A stretch of 64,000 nt of DNA from Monocercomonoides exilis PA203 (lineage: Eukaryota > Protista > Preaxostyla), in the NCBI GenBank assembly GCA_001643675.2, contig LSRY02000033.1, forward strand, positions 930,001-994,000, in the 5' to 3' direction. A program made the translations under genes and the position numbers. A model generated the notes under the pieces. The model did no database searches. It was not told where the DNA came from and saw nothing but the letters and a program-made list of their open reading frames with translations. Positions within the stretch are counted from its first letter, which is position 1. Each line of letters starts with the position of its first letter. Positions 12,951 to 25,500 of this stretch are shown piece after piece.

Positions 12951-13960
12951 TCATTGTTTTGAAATGATAAAAATGCAACATATCCCCAAAAACCGAATCA
13001 ATATCTTCCCTGTTCGAAAAGACTGATTTGAAGTGGAATGGCTCTTTATGTTCTGGAAAAAAGACGAAATGGAAGAATTGACAAAAAAGATAAAAAAACT
13101 ACACGAGTCATCAAGCCCATTGAGAACCAGACCATATCTTTTCGCATTGCTTGAAGGCGAAATGAAGCAAAAGAGCTGGAGAGAAGAAATCTCCAACAAG
13201 CAAACTCCTTTCTTTTTTCTGCGCTTCCTCCCAGAAATGCATCTGCAACCAAAGAGGATCTCGCAGCTCTACATCCAGCATCTGTTCATTTGCCATAACA
13301 ATTGCAATCCCCATGGGAATGTCGAACGGTTCTATCACCAAGACAAACAAAGCCATCTTCTCCTTCCCTCTTGGTCTTTATTCAACCTCATCTTCAACAC
13401 CCTTTTCGAATTTCGCTGCACCCTGCTCAAAATAATGAAGGCACACACGCTTAATAAGCAAAGAAAGCAGACGCACACAAATGCAATGCTTCTGCCTTCA
13501 AAACAGACTCTGCTTGTTGGAATTTTGAGCAATTGGTGCTCCGAGTCCATTTGTCCATCGCTGTCCAGGGTAATATTAACATCCCCTTTTCCCCACAGAG
13601 AAAATAGAAGTCAACAACAATCTTCTTTGCTCCGACCTTCTCGCCTTGGACTCCCACAGCACAAACGAAAAGACAAAAAAAGGCTTGCCCAGCTCCATCA
13701 GCAAAATCTGGTCAGTTCAATGCCTGTACAAAATCCCATGCACGCAAAAGGAGTAAAATATTCGCATCCATAACAGGCACAAATGCTTTTGGGAAATCAC
13801 AAGATTTCTTGTTCTCAATTCACAAACAAATGTTGAATCATTGTTCAATAACTCATCAACAAATTTTCGCCAACCGTTCATAAATAAATCATGTAGCTGT
13901 CTGGCGCACGTGTCATCGCTGATAACATTCTGTTCAAGACATCACAACATTTTTTATCTC
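12951..13960 (-). pseudogene. Probable decayed gene relic at the outer end of the left arm
   Basis: One minus-strand frame runs ~300 codons with only a few stops (CLEQNVISDDTCARQLHDLFMNGWRKFVDELLNND...MALFVLVIEPFDIPMGIAIVMANEQML...). The right-arm copy has different stops and indels. No family recognised. Confidence 0.35.
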
Positions 13961-14010
13961 AATCATTGTATCTTATGGGCGCAGGGCATCGACAAGTGGG
14001 TTGATCAGAA

Positions 14011-15924
14011 ATGGAACAAAACGCAAAAGCCGAGCTAGCAGAAGAAAAGAAGCCTGAGGGCGCAGAGGCCGGAGAAGGGGCAAGCGGCGCGCCCGGGGCA
14101 CCGCTGTCGAAGAATGCGCAGAAGCGTCTGGCGAAGCTGGAGGCGGCGCAGAAGAAGAAGGAGGAGAAAGAGGCGGCGAAGCGGGAGGCGGCAGCAAAGC
14201 GCGAAGCAGAGGGGAAGGGGAGCGCGGGGGAGGGGAAAGGGAGCCACGCAGACGAGGAGGAGAATGTGGACCCGCGGTTCTACTTCGAGAACCGGAAGAA
14301 AGTGATATATGGAGAGTCGAAGGACGAGCGGAACCCGAACTACCCGCACAAGTTTGGGGTGACGCTGAGCATCGGGGAGTTCATAGAGAAGTACGGGGCG
14401 CTGGAGGCAGGGGCGCGCGTGGAGGCAGACACGGTGTCGGTGGCAGGGCGGATCATGCTGCTGCGGCGGCAGAGCGCGAAGCTGGTGTTCTACGACATCC
14501 ACAACGACGGGCAGAAGATCCAGCTGATGTGCGACCTGCGGGCAGCGGAGAGCGCAGAGGAGTTTGCGGCGGTGCACGACAAGCTGCGGCGCGGGGACTG
14601 GGTCGGGGCGGTTGGGCACCCGGGGAAGACGAAGCGCGGGGAGCTGAGCCTGTTCCCGAGCAAGGTGGTGCTGCTGTCGCCGTGCCTGCACATGATGCCG
14701 CGTGTGGTGAAGGACCAGGAGCTGCGGCACCGGATGCGGGAGCTGGACCTGATGTTCAACCCGGAGAGCCTGGCGCGGTTCAAGACGCGGTCGAGGATCA
14801 TCACGTACATGCGGCAGTACCTGAACGAGCGGGGGTTCCTGGAGGTGGAGACGCCGATCCTGAACACGATAGCGGGCGGGGCGACGGCGAAGCCGTTTGT
14901 GACGCACCACAACACGCTGGACATCGACATGTACATGCGTGTGGCGCCGGAGCTGTATCTGAAGCGGCTGATTGTGGGGGGCATGAACCGGGTGTACGAG
15001 ATCGGGCGGCTGTTCCGGAACGAGGGGATGGACCAGACGCACAACCCGGAGTTCACGTCGTGCGAGTTCTATGCGGCGTTCCTGGACTACAACGACCTGA
15101 TGGAGCTGACGGAGGAGATGCTGAACGGGATGGTGAAGATGCTGAACGGCGGGCGGGAGACGGTGGTGCTGCGGGACAAGGAGGACCCGGAGAAGCTGGT
15201 GGAGGTGTCGTTTGCGCGGCCGTTCCGGCGGGTGTCGTTCATGGCGGAGCTGGCGAAGGAGATGGGGGTGGAGTTCCCGGCAGACCTGTCGACGCCGGAG
15301 ACGAACGAGTTCCTGCGGAAGCTGGCGAAGGAGCGGGAGGTGCCGTGCACGCCGCCGTTCACGACGGCGCGGCTGCTGGACAAGATGACAGAGAAGTATC
15401 TGGAGCCGTCGTTCAAGAACCCGACGTTCCTGTGCGACCAGCCGGCGATCATGTCTCCGCTGGCGAAGTACCACCGGGCGAACCCGCAGTGGACCGAGCG
15501 GTTTGAGCTGTTTGTGAACCACACGGAGCTGGCGAACGCGTACACGGAGCTGAACGACCCGGTGGTGCAGCGGAAGCGGTTTGACGCGCAGGCGGCAGCG
15601 AAGGCGCAGGGAGACGAGGAGGCGACGCTGATCGACGAGTACTTCTGCCGCTCGCTGGAGTACGGGCTGCCGCCCACAGCCGGGTGGGGGTTCGGGATCG
15701 ACCGTGCGGTGATCATGCTGACGCAGGCGCCGACCATCCAGGATGTGATCCTGTTCCCCACGCTGCGCCCCGAGATTGTCAACCCCACGCAGCTGCTGGC
15801 TGCGGAGGGCGCACAGACAGCCTCGTCCTCAACCACCCCTTCATCCTCGTCTTCATCTTCATCCTCGTCTTCCTCTTCCTCCTCAACCTCTCCTGCACCC
15901 TCTGCACCCTCAACCTCCTCGTGA
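14011..15924 (+). CDS. KARS: Lysyl-tRNA synthetase, class II, eukaryotic type; intronless; copy 1
   Basis: Eukaryotic N-terminal extension ([11 protein letters not shown]), YPHKF, OB-fold VAGRI...[17 protein letters not shown], motif 2 [19 protein letters not shown], motif 3 GWGFGIDR and VILFP. Confidence 0.98.
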   Translation: MEQNAKAELAEEKKPEGAEAGEGASGAPGAPLSKNAQKRLAKLEAAQKKKEEKEAAKREAAAKREAEGKGSAGEGKGSHADEEENVDPRFYFENRKKVIYGESKDERNPNYPHKFGVTLSIGEFIEKYGALEAGARVEADTVSVAGRIMLLRRQSAKLVFYDIHNDGQKIQLMCDLRAAESAEEFAAVHDKLRRGDWVGAVGHPGKTKRGELSLFPSKVVLLSPCLHMMPRVVKDQELRHRMRELDLMFNPESLARFKTRSRIITYMRQYLNERGFLEVETPILNTIAGGATAKPFVTHHNTLDIDMYMRVAPELYLKRLIVGGMNRVYEIGRLFRNEGMDQTHNPEFTSCEFYAAFLDYNDLMELTEEMLNGMVKMLNGGRETVVLRDKEDPEKLVEVSFARPFRRVSFMAELAKEMGVEFPADLSTPETNEFLRKLAKEREVPCTPPFTTARLLDKMTEKYLEPSFKNPTFLCDQPAIMSPLAKYHRANPQWTERFELFVNHTELANAYTELNDPVVQRKRFDAQAAAKAQGDEEATLIDEYFCRSLEYGLPPTAGWGFGIDRAVIMLTQAPTIQDVILFPTLRPEIVNPTQLLAAEGAQTASSSTTPSSSSSSSSSSSSSSSTSPAPSAPSTSS

Positions 15925-16571
15925 ACACCCTGAACTGAACAACAATGCGCAATGCCCTTGGAGAAGGGCCTGAAGAGCCAGAAGAATCGGAAGAGCTGGA
16001 GCGGAGAGGAAAGGAAAGGCAAGCGGTCATCTGATTGTTTTTAGTCATTTCAGCACATCAAAGACAAAGATTATTTTGAGAATATGTTTTTCTGTCAGCT
16101 TTCATTTGCTTGTTTGTGTCTTTTTTGTGCCAGGAGAAAAAAAAAGTTTTGAAAAAGAAAAAGGGCAGAAAGCTCGTTTGTTTGCGATTCGCTTTTGGAC
16201 TTCATTGTTTCGTGATTTTCCTCCGTGTTTCCACGCAAAGGCAACGAAAAATAGAATTGAAGTGAATTCATCAGGAAATAATCCGGGTATGAAATGTGCT
16301 GCAGTCCACAGCACAGAAAACACGAAACAGCAGAGTTTCGCCAGCGCCACTGGCTGCAGCGCTTGGTTCATTGCACAGCCAACAAAAAAAGCAGCAGGAC
16401 AGGAAGAGCAGAAAGAGCAGAAAGACATTCAGTCATCCGCAATCTTCTGCTGCCCCGCAAAGCAGTTTGCTTTCCATCAATGATCGAGCCTGCCCAATGT
16501 TGTTTTCAAAACACAAAGCATTATTTTTTTATTGCCAAACCTTGTTTAATTTTTCTGCGAGCTGGCAGCCG

Positions 16572-19500
16572 ATGGCGATTCGGCATGTTGTAGCGATAGC
16601 AATGGCAGTGCTCTGCATTGCGCAGGGTTCTGGTGCTGACGCGTGGAAAAGGGGCACGGGGCCAGGGAAAAGCAATTTTGTCAAATCGTTTGATTCTGAG
16701 GCTCCGAGAGAAGAACGGGCACGCAAAAGCAGAGGAACGGAGACGCCTTTGCATGGACACGCAATCTCTGGAAAAGAGCCAGGAAGCGACCTTCGTGTGG
16801 CGGAAGGGACAGAAATAATGATGAGCGCTTTTTTGCGGAACAGCACGGCGAGGGTGGTGGGGGTGCAGCTTGCTCGGGTGCGGGAGGCAAGCAAGATGTT
16901 TTGTGTGGAGGAGGGTGTGCTGGAGGCGTGGGGGTGCATGGTGGAGGGGCGCGATGTTGAGAAAAGGAGTGCTTTTGAGAGCAGAGGCGGGGTGGTTGAG
17001 TTTGGGAATGTGACGATTGGTGGGCGCTGGAAGGGGATGCATGTGGCGCCTCTGGTGGAGGTGGTTGAAGGGGTTGGAACAGGGTTAGGTGCAGCAGGCG
17101 GGGTGAGTGTGAAGATTTCAGAAACGAGGCTTTGCTCGTTTGGAGTGGTGGCAGGGCCGCTGCTGCAGGGGGAGGAGGTGTGGGGGTGGGGGTGCGAGTT
17201 TGTGAACATCAGCAGAGAGGCAGGGGCGAAGGGGGTTGGGGGAGGGGTGTTTGGGAGGAGTGTTGTGGGGAGCTGTGTGTTTCGGAGGGTTGAGGACGAG
17301 CTGTATGGGGGGATTGTGGGGTCGATGGCCTTGGGAGACTCGGTGGAGGAGGGGAACACGACACACACGGGGTGCTGGCGGAAGGCAGGGTGCTACGAGA
17401 GCCATGTCGGGTGGGGCAGGCGGAAGGACATCAGCACGCACTATCCGCGGTGCCGGTTTGTGGGGTGCGAGTGGCGGGAGCTGGGAGAGGCGATTGAGGG
17501 GGGAGCGATCTACGCAGCGAACACGCAGGCGCCGCTCACGGTGGAGGTGGAGGAGTGCGGGTTCTACGGGGCGCGGGCGCTGCTGAACGGCGGGGCGATT
17601 CTGCTGCGGGGCAGGCGGCAGGGCTGGGGCAGAGGGAGGAACGAGGGAGGAGGAGAGAGTTGGCTGCAGTGCAAGCTGAGCGGGAGTGTGTTTGTGAACT
17701 GCAGCTCGTCAGCTGGGAGCGGGGGAGGAGTGTCGGTGGAGTGTGTGAGCGGGTGCGAGGTGAGGAGGTGCCGGTTCAGCGGGTGCAGAGGGCTGAGGGG
17801 AGGAGGCGGGGTGGCGCTGGCAGACAGGGAGAAAGGGGCGGGAGAGGCAGTGGTGGTGGTGGAGATTGAGGGGTGCGAGTTTGAGGGGTGCGGGGTGGAG
17901 GAGGCGAAGGGAGGCGGGGTGTGTGGGGAGGAGGTGTGGGTGGTGGTGCGGGAGTGCTGGTTGATGGGGTGCTGGGCGCAGTCGGAGGGCGGGGGGATGC
18001 ATGTTTGTGTGCAGACGCCTGTGGATGGGGGTGGAGCAGAGGCACAGGCAAACTCCCAAAACGGGGAAAAGAGAGGAAGACAAGGGAACGAGTATGGAGA
18101 GGCGATTGTGGGGCACTCGCTGTTCTCAGACAACAAGTGCCGGGCAGCCGCAGTGGAGGAGAGGCTGGGGCTGGATGTGTATCTGGACATTGTGTCGCTA
18201 ACAGACAGACACGCGTTTGTGGGGTGCTTCTCTGCAACGAAAGAGGAGGCAACTGTGATTGAGGCAGTATCATCATCATCAGCAGCAGCAACAACAACAA
18301 CAAAAGATGAGCAGAAATCCTCTGATAACACCATTTCACAAAGCACACTTCACGAAACACTTCACTCATTCGACTCATCATCATCTTCTTCTATTTCTTC
18401 TATTTCTTCTTTGCCATCATCATCATCATCGATGGCGAAATCAAGCATTTCACAGAACTCATCGACATCGCCTCCTTCAGTCAGTGGGTGTCCGATGAGA
18501 AAGGCGCAGCAATCTGGAGAGGGGAGGAGGAGCGCATGGGGTCGGCGGGTGTTTGCTCGGCACCTGTTGGACACGAGGGGAGAAGGGGGAGGAGAGGAGA
18601 GGGATGTTGGGCTGGAGTGGATGCGGACGACGATGGACAGGGTGTATGTGAGCAGGAGCGGGAGCGACGAGGTGGGGTTTTGCGGGTGGGACGAGGAGCA
18701 CGGGTGCGAGACGATGGGGAAGGCGCGGGGGCAGCTGTACTGCTGGGGTGGAGAGGAAGGGAGCGAGGGGTGTGTGGATGAGGAGAGCGGGGGAGAAGGC
18801 GGGGGTGGCAGAGGCAGAGGAAGAGGCAGAGGCAGAATGAGGAATGAAGAGGAAGAGGTGGGAGCGAGAGAAATGGTGATTGTGTCTGTGGATGAGAAGA
18901 AGGAGTGGGAAGGGGTGGATTTTGGGGAGAAGGCGGTGGATGTGAGCGGGGCAGGGGCAGCGGTGACGCGGATGTGGACGCGGGTGATGAGGGAGGGAGC
19001 GTGGGTGGTGCGTGTGGGAGGAGGGAGGGTGCGTGTGAGCGGGGTAGGGGTTGAGCAGGCAGGGGCAGAGCGGGAGACGGGGGTGGTGGGGGTGGAGGGG
19101 AGCGGGAGCGCGGAGGTGCGGAAGGTGGAGGTGGTGGGGGCAGGGGGTGGGGGTGTGGTGTTTGGGGTGAGCGGGGCAGGGAAGCTGGTGCTGGTGGGGG
19201 TGGCTGTGCGGGATGCAGCGCTGGTGTCGGGGGCGGTGGTGTCTGTGGGGGCGGGAGGAGCGCAGGGGGTGCGGCTGGAGTCGTGCTCTTTTGTGAACAT
19301 CAGCCGGGGCGGGGGGAGCGGGGGCTGTGTGCTGGACGGGGAGGGCGGTGCGTTCGGGGTGGTGTGTGCGGACTGCACATTTGCGCTGTGCAGTGCAGCG
19401 GGGTCGATGGCTGGGGGCGGGGTGGGGGTGTGGTCGGAGGGGGCGACGGAGGCGGCTGAGCTGTGGCGGTGCACGCTGTCGTCGTGCCGGGCAGCAGCAG

Positions 19501-22500
19501 GGGCAGCAGGGTCGGGGGCAGCGGAGGGGCGAGGCGGCGGGGTGCATGTGCGGGTGAGCGAGAGCGGGGGGTTTGTGCTGCGGGAGCTGCAGTTTGTGGG
19601 GAACGAGGCGACGCATGGGCGGGATGTGTTTGTGGTGTGCCCGGTGCTGCGGAACGTGGTGACGGAAGAGGCGTTTGCGTTCCGGCGGGGGATTGCAGAC
19701 ACGAGAAACTCGCTGTGCGGGACAGATGCAGAGTGTGAGGATGTGGACCTGGTGTGGCTGCTGACGGGGGTGAAGCATGAAGGGGTGGTGTATGTGCACT
19801 ATGCGCTGGCTGGTGGTGGAGGAGGAGGGCAACAGCCGAAGTGCGGGTTCGACTCGGCAGTGGAGTGCGGGACAGAGGAGGTGCCGTGCGAGCGGCTGGC
19901 AGTGGCGTGTGGGCGGTTTGCGGAGGGGAGCGTGGAGAAGCGACTGGTGGTGAAGGGGGAGTGTGTGATGGGGGGCGTTGGGGATCTGAGCGGGATGGAG
20001 GTGGAGCGGTGGGTGGGTGAGGAAGAGGGGGGCGCAGAGCCTGCGGTGGTGTCGTTTGCGGTGCTGGGCGGGGCAGGGGGAGAGGTGCAGGGGATCGGGA
20101 ACGGGGGTGTGCTGGGGGTGAGGGAGATCCGGTTTGTGCTGTATTCGGAGGTGGAGCCACCAGACGGGGCGCTGATTGAGACGCATGGGGAGCGGGCAGA
20201 GTTCAGAGACTGTGTGTTTGAGGCGCATGGCGGGGCGGGGGAGATCGGGTATGTGCTGGGGCGAGGGGTGCGGGGGCTGTTTGGGATGGAGCGGTGTGTG
20301 GTGCGGGGGAGCGGGGTGACGAGGTATGTGGGGAGTGTGTTTGAGCTGGAGACGTCGATTGGGGGCGGGGTGTTTGTGGAGACGCGGGTGGAAGGGCTGG
20401 CTGTTGGGGAGGGGAGCGTGTGGCGGGTGCGGAAGAACACGACGGAGACAGGGCGCGGGGTGGTGCAGGAGGGGCTGCGGCTGGAGGAGTGCGAGGCGGA
20501 GGAGGTGAAGGGAGGGGCAGGGGTGCCGTGCCTGGTGAGCTTTGAGGAGGGGTGCATGATGGGAGTGGAGGTGGTGGGGGGTGTGGTGCGGGAGTGTCTG
20601 TCGGCGAGCTCAGCGAAAGGCGGGGCGATGCTGGTGGGGGTGGCGGGGGAGCACCGGTTTGTGCTGAACGGGACGGTGGTGGAGTGCTCAGAGATTGGGG
20701 AGCGGGGAGCTGGGCGGCTGGCGTATGTGGAGTGCGGGGCAGGGGCAGAGTTCCTGTTTGTGCACCCGACGTTCACTCCGCTGGCGAGCACACTGAGCGA
20801 GTGCTTTGTGCGGGTGAGCTGCGGGGAGATGGCAGACGCGGATGTGGTGCGGGGGTTTGAGTGCGACATCTTCCTGTTCTCGGTGGGAGGGAGCAGCACG
20901 TTCTACGGGGTGGAGTTTGGGGACGAGAGGCTGCTGGCGACGCTGCTGGACACAGTGCTGAGGAGCCAGACGCACGAGGTGGTGGTGTCGGGGGAGACAG
21001 GGGCAGACACGGCAGGGTGCGGGGGCAGGGCGCAGGCGTGCCGGACGTTTGACTACGGGTGGCGGCGGGTGAGGGCGTGGGATGCGTTGGAGGAGCTGCC
21101 GAGGCTGCGGGTGAACGGGACAGGGATGGTGGGGCGGGAGGTGTATCTGGGGTATCGGGTGATTGAGGGTGCAGAGGAAGGGGTGCAGGCGCGGCTGGTG
21201 GTGGGGAGTGCTGTGCTGAGGCGGAGCAGCAGTGCAGGGGCAGTGTTCACGAACGCAGAGGAAGGGAAGCTTTCGTGTGTGGGGGTGGAGTATCCGCGGG
21301 TGCTGGAGCTGGGGCAGAGGGTGCTGTTTCTGGTGGTGGGCGGGGTGCTGGAGGTGGAGGACGGGCGGGTGGTGTGCAGGAGTCGAGAGGGTGTGGCGGG
21401 GGAGGCAGAAGCAGGCGGGGCAGCAGAGTTCCAGCTGGTGCGGGGAACAGGCGGGGAGCTGCGGGTGAGGAACACGAGCATCGGGTCTGAGTATGTGGGG
21501 AGCGTGTTTAAGGAGGCGGCGATGGAGGTGGCGGGGATGGTGTGCGAGTTTGTGGGGGTGAACGTGTCGAACATCGGAGCGCCGGAGAGCGGGGAAGGCG
21601 GGGCGCTGGCGGTGGATGTTGGGGCAGCGGGGTCGCTGAAGCTGAACAGCGGAGCAAGTGGCGCAGCAGCAGCAGCGGTGGGGTGTGTGTGCTCGGAGTA
21701 CAGCGGGCGGGGCGGGTTTTTGTATGTGGAGTGCGGGTCGAGTAGTGCAAGCGTGGAGATTGGGGCGATGGGGTTCAGCAGGAACGAGGCGCGGTGGGGG
21801 AAGAACATTTATGTGCGGGCAGATCGGCTGGAGGATGTGGTGAAGGAGGAGCAGATGGGGTTTGGGTGGGAGGTGTGGAAGGGAGAGGAGGAGGCGTTCT
21901 GCGGGGATGAAACGGGGGGCGGGGCAGGCGCAGGGGTGGTGGTGAACCTGCTGGTGTATCTGATGGGGCTGCAGTATGGGGTGGTGCATGTGTCGGAGAC
22001 AGAGGGGAGGGGGTATCCGGGGTGCGGGAGCGCAGGGGCGCCTTGTGCGACGTTTGAGCAGGGGGTGGCCAACTCGGCGGCAGAGGGCGGGCGGCGGACG
22101 ATGCGTGTGGTGCGGGGGGTGGGGGTGGCGAGGGGGTGCGATGTGTCAGGGTTTGCGATTGAGTCGAGCGGAGACACGGCGGCGAATGTGACGCTGGCGG
22201 GGAGCGTGGCTGGGAGCACAGAGCGGGCGGTGCTGACGAACGAGGGGGTGCTGTCGTTTTTGCGGGTGCGGTTTGTGGTGCCGCGGGAGTTTGCGGGCAA
22301 GCAGAGGGTGCTGGTGGGGACATACACAGCAGCAGGGTCGGTGGTGGTGGAGGAGTCGCAGTTCGACTTCACGGGGGCAGGGCCAGGGAAAGTGCAGTTC
22401 AGCCTGCTGGAGATAGTCGGGGGTGTGGGGGAGGTTGTGGGGTGCACAGTGTCGGGGGTGAGCTTTGGTGTTGAGATGTTTGTGTTTCGGGAAGAGGAAG

Positions 22501-25500
22501 CATTTGTGGAAGAATTGTTGAATGGGGTGAAAGGGGGGAAGAGAGGGAAGGGAAGGAGGAACGAAGGGTGGGGAATGTTTGAGGTGCTGGGGTGCAACTT
22601 CACGAATGTTCGGACAGAACTGAACGGGAGTGTGGTGAGCGAGGGGGCGCAGGGTGCTGGGTACAGGATAGCGAACGGGACGGTGCAGAGCTGCCATACA
22701 ACAGAGAACGGGGGCGGATGCTTTGTGGAGATTGGGGCGGGGAGCAGGGTTTCGGTGGAGGATGTGGGGATGGTGTGGTGCGGGGCAGATGAGCGGGGCG
22801 GGGCGGTGTATGTGCGGATCGGGAGCGGGGCAGGGCACGAGGAGCTGGGGCTGGGGCTGCACCGGGTGAGCTTTGCGGGGAACTCGGGGGCGGCGGGAAG
22901 GGATGTGTTTGTGGAGTGCCTGAACATGGAGCGGCAGGTGCACTACTCGGCGTTCACGCTGACGAGGGAGCAGTTTGAGGGGGCGAGCGGGTACGAGATC
23001 CGGGGGTGCGACGGGCTGGTGGGGTGCGGGGCGGGAGACGGGGTGGATCTGTTTGAGGTGATCCGGTTCCGGCGGGGGAGGGAGGTGTTTGCATCGTCGA
23101 CGGCGGGGGGCAGGACAGAGCAGCGGATGTGCGGGACGGAGGAGGCGCCGTGCGGGACGCTGGCGGTGGCGGCAGAGCATCTGGACAACGAGGCCGGGAA
23201 GATGCTGCATGTGGTGGGGAGGGTGGAGCTGCGGGGGCAGGCGGTGCTGGAGGATGTGGGGGTGCAGCGGTGGGGCGAGGGGAGCAGGGCAGAGGTTGGG
23301 ATTGAGATTGGTAAGGCTGGGGAGGAGGAGGAGGAGGGAGAAGAAGAAGAAGGAAATGGGAGGGCAAACGGGGTGGACGAGGCGCTGCCGCTGATCATGG
23401 CGCACGGGGAGGTGAGGTTTGAGGAGGTTGGGATTGAGGTGAGGGTTTTGAGGGGAGGCGGGGCAGGCCACCCGGCGATCATCGGGACAGACGGGCAGCT
23501 GGCACTGGTGAAGTGCGAGCTGTGGTGTTCTGGTGGAGGAGGAGGAGGAGAGGAGTCATCGCAGCTGGTGGGGTGTCCGCTGATATTTGCAGATGGGAGT
23601 GGGGGAATGGGGAGGAGCGGGGGGTGTGTGCTGGTGGTTGAGGAGTGTGTGGTGAGGGGGGAAGGGCAGAGGCAGAGCGACCCGGAGGCGATTCGAGGGC
23701 GGAGGGCGCGGGTGGAGGTGGGGAGCACAGCAGTGAGCGGGGTGTTTGGCGCGGGGAGCAGGAGCGGGCTGTGCCGGATGGAGTCGCAGCTGGTGCTTGT
23801 GGAGGAGTGCGAGTGCCGGGTGTGGAACACGAGTGTGGTGAACTCGTCGAAGGGCGGGATCGGGCAGCGCGGGGGCGTGGTGGTGGTGGACGGGGTGGAG
23901 TTTGGGGACAACAACCCGCTGATCGAGGGGTATCCGTCGGTGCGGCGGAACATGGCGTGCAGCGGGGGCGGGGTGGTGGAGGTGCGGGGCATCCGGAACG
24001 GGGAGCGGGCGGGGGAGAGCAGGTCGTGGTGGATCATGGAGGAGGGGTGTGTGGTGGAGGGGGCGAGTGGAGGGGCAGGCGGGGTGTACTTCCGGCCGGT
24101 GCTGACGAACGTCAGCTGGACAAGCAGCGGGGGGCAGGCGCGGCTGGAGTTTGTGGGGCGGGAGCTGGTGCAGTGCGGGCTGTACTTCCAGATAATTGTG
24201 CGGGGGGCAGACGGGGGCGAGCGGGTGAGGACATACCGGTTTGAGAGCACAGGGCAGAACACGGAGCGGCGGGGGTACGGGAGGATCGGGCGGGAGGTGA
24301 TTGAGGAGAGCGGGGCAGAGGAGGAGGTGCTGGCGCGGGTGGTGTATTCGAGCGAGGAGCTGGCTGTGGAAGAGCGGGGAGGCGGGGAATGGGGAGAAGG
24401 GAGGGCAGGGGAGGAGGCAGGAGAGGAGGAGGCAGGGGAAGGCGGAAAGTTCTATGCGACAGCAGCGATTGTGCTGAAGGAGAAAGGGGCAGGGGCAGGG
24501 AGGAGGCAGAGCCTGTATGAGCGGTATGGGTGGCCGATCATCCTGTTTATGGGGATGAGTGCAGTGGGGGTGGTGGTGGTGGTGGTGATTGTGGGGTGCT
24601 GTGTGCGGCAGTGGAGGCAGGGGAAGGAGCGGGAGCGGCGGCTGGTGGAGTCAGGGTCGAAGGTGCTGGGGCAGAACCGGGAGATGCAGTCGGCAGCGTT
24701 TGAGCGGGTGAGGCGGTACGGGGCAGACGGGGCGGAGGTGGGGGAAGAGGATGTGGAGGTGGGGGTGCTGCTGAGTGCGCTGGCGCAGGACAAGGAGATG
24801 GCAGAGGCAGCGCGGAAGAGCAAAGCGGAGAGTGGAAATGCTGAAGGTGCTGAAGGTGCTGAAGGTGCTGAAGGAAGTGCTGGAGAGGAAAGAGGAGAGG
24901 GGCATGATGGACAGGAGGGAAATGAAGGAAATGAGGGAAATGAGGGACAAGAAGGACAAGAGGAACAAGAGGGAGGAGGAAGAGAAGGGGAGGAAAGCAA
25001 TGAAAGCAATGAGAATGAAGGAAGGGATGAAGGAAGGGATGGAGGAAGGGATGGAGTGAGGGAAGAGGGAGGGGAAGAAAGAGAGGGAGAGGGGAGGAGA
25101 GGAGAGAGTGGAATGGGAATGGGAACAGGGATGAGGGAGGAGAGGAGGGGAAGTGTGTGGCTGGGGAGGAGGAGGAAGATCCCGTGCATCAGGTGCGAGA
25201 GCCCGTTTGGAGGGGTGATTGTGGATGAAGGGCGGACGCTGGCGCGGCTGCTGCACTGGGAGGAGGAGGAGTCAGGGGCAGGAGAGGAACCGGCAGCAGG
25301 AGAGGAGGGAGGGCTGTGGGAGGAGCTGCGGAGAGGGTTTGGCGGGGGCAGTGCTGAGGAGCGGGCGCGCTGTGCAGCGAAGGTTGTGTTCTGGGTGGTG
25401 AACGGGTGCCAGCACATCCTGCGGAGCGGGGAGTCGGGGATGCTGCTGATGAACCTGAGCCCGTGGGCAGTGATGGTGAGCGGGGAGGATGTGGTGGTGA

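Noticed and set aside
15925-16035. Coding-like purine-rich stretch after the LysRS stop (possible readthrough or frameshift extension)
   Set aside because: A second in-frame TGA follows two codons later, and the right-arm copy has an insertion containing TAA in the alternative frame.
16296-16571. 92-codon N-terminal extension of the giant ORF from a GTG start (also 57792-58067)
   Set aside because: It has a non-ATG start in a eukaryote, and the ATG at 16572 directly precedes a signal-peptide-like sequence. The extension is open in both arms, so it is not fully excluded.
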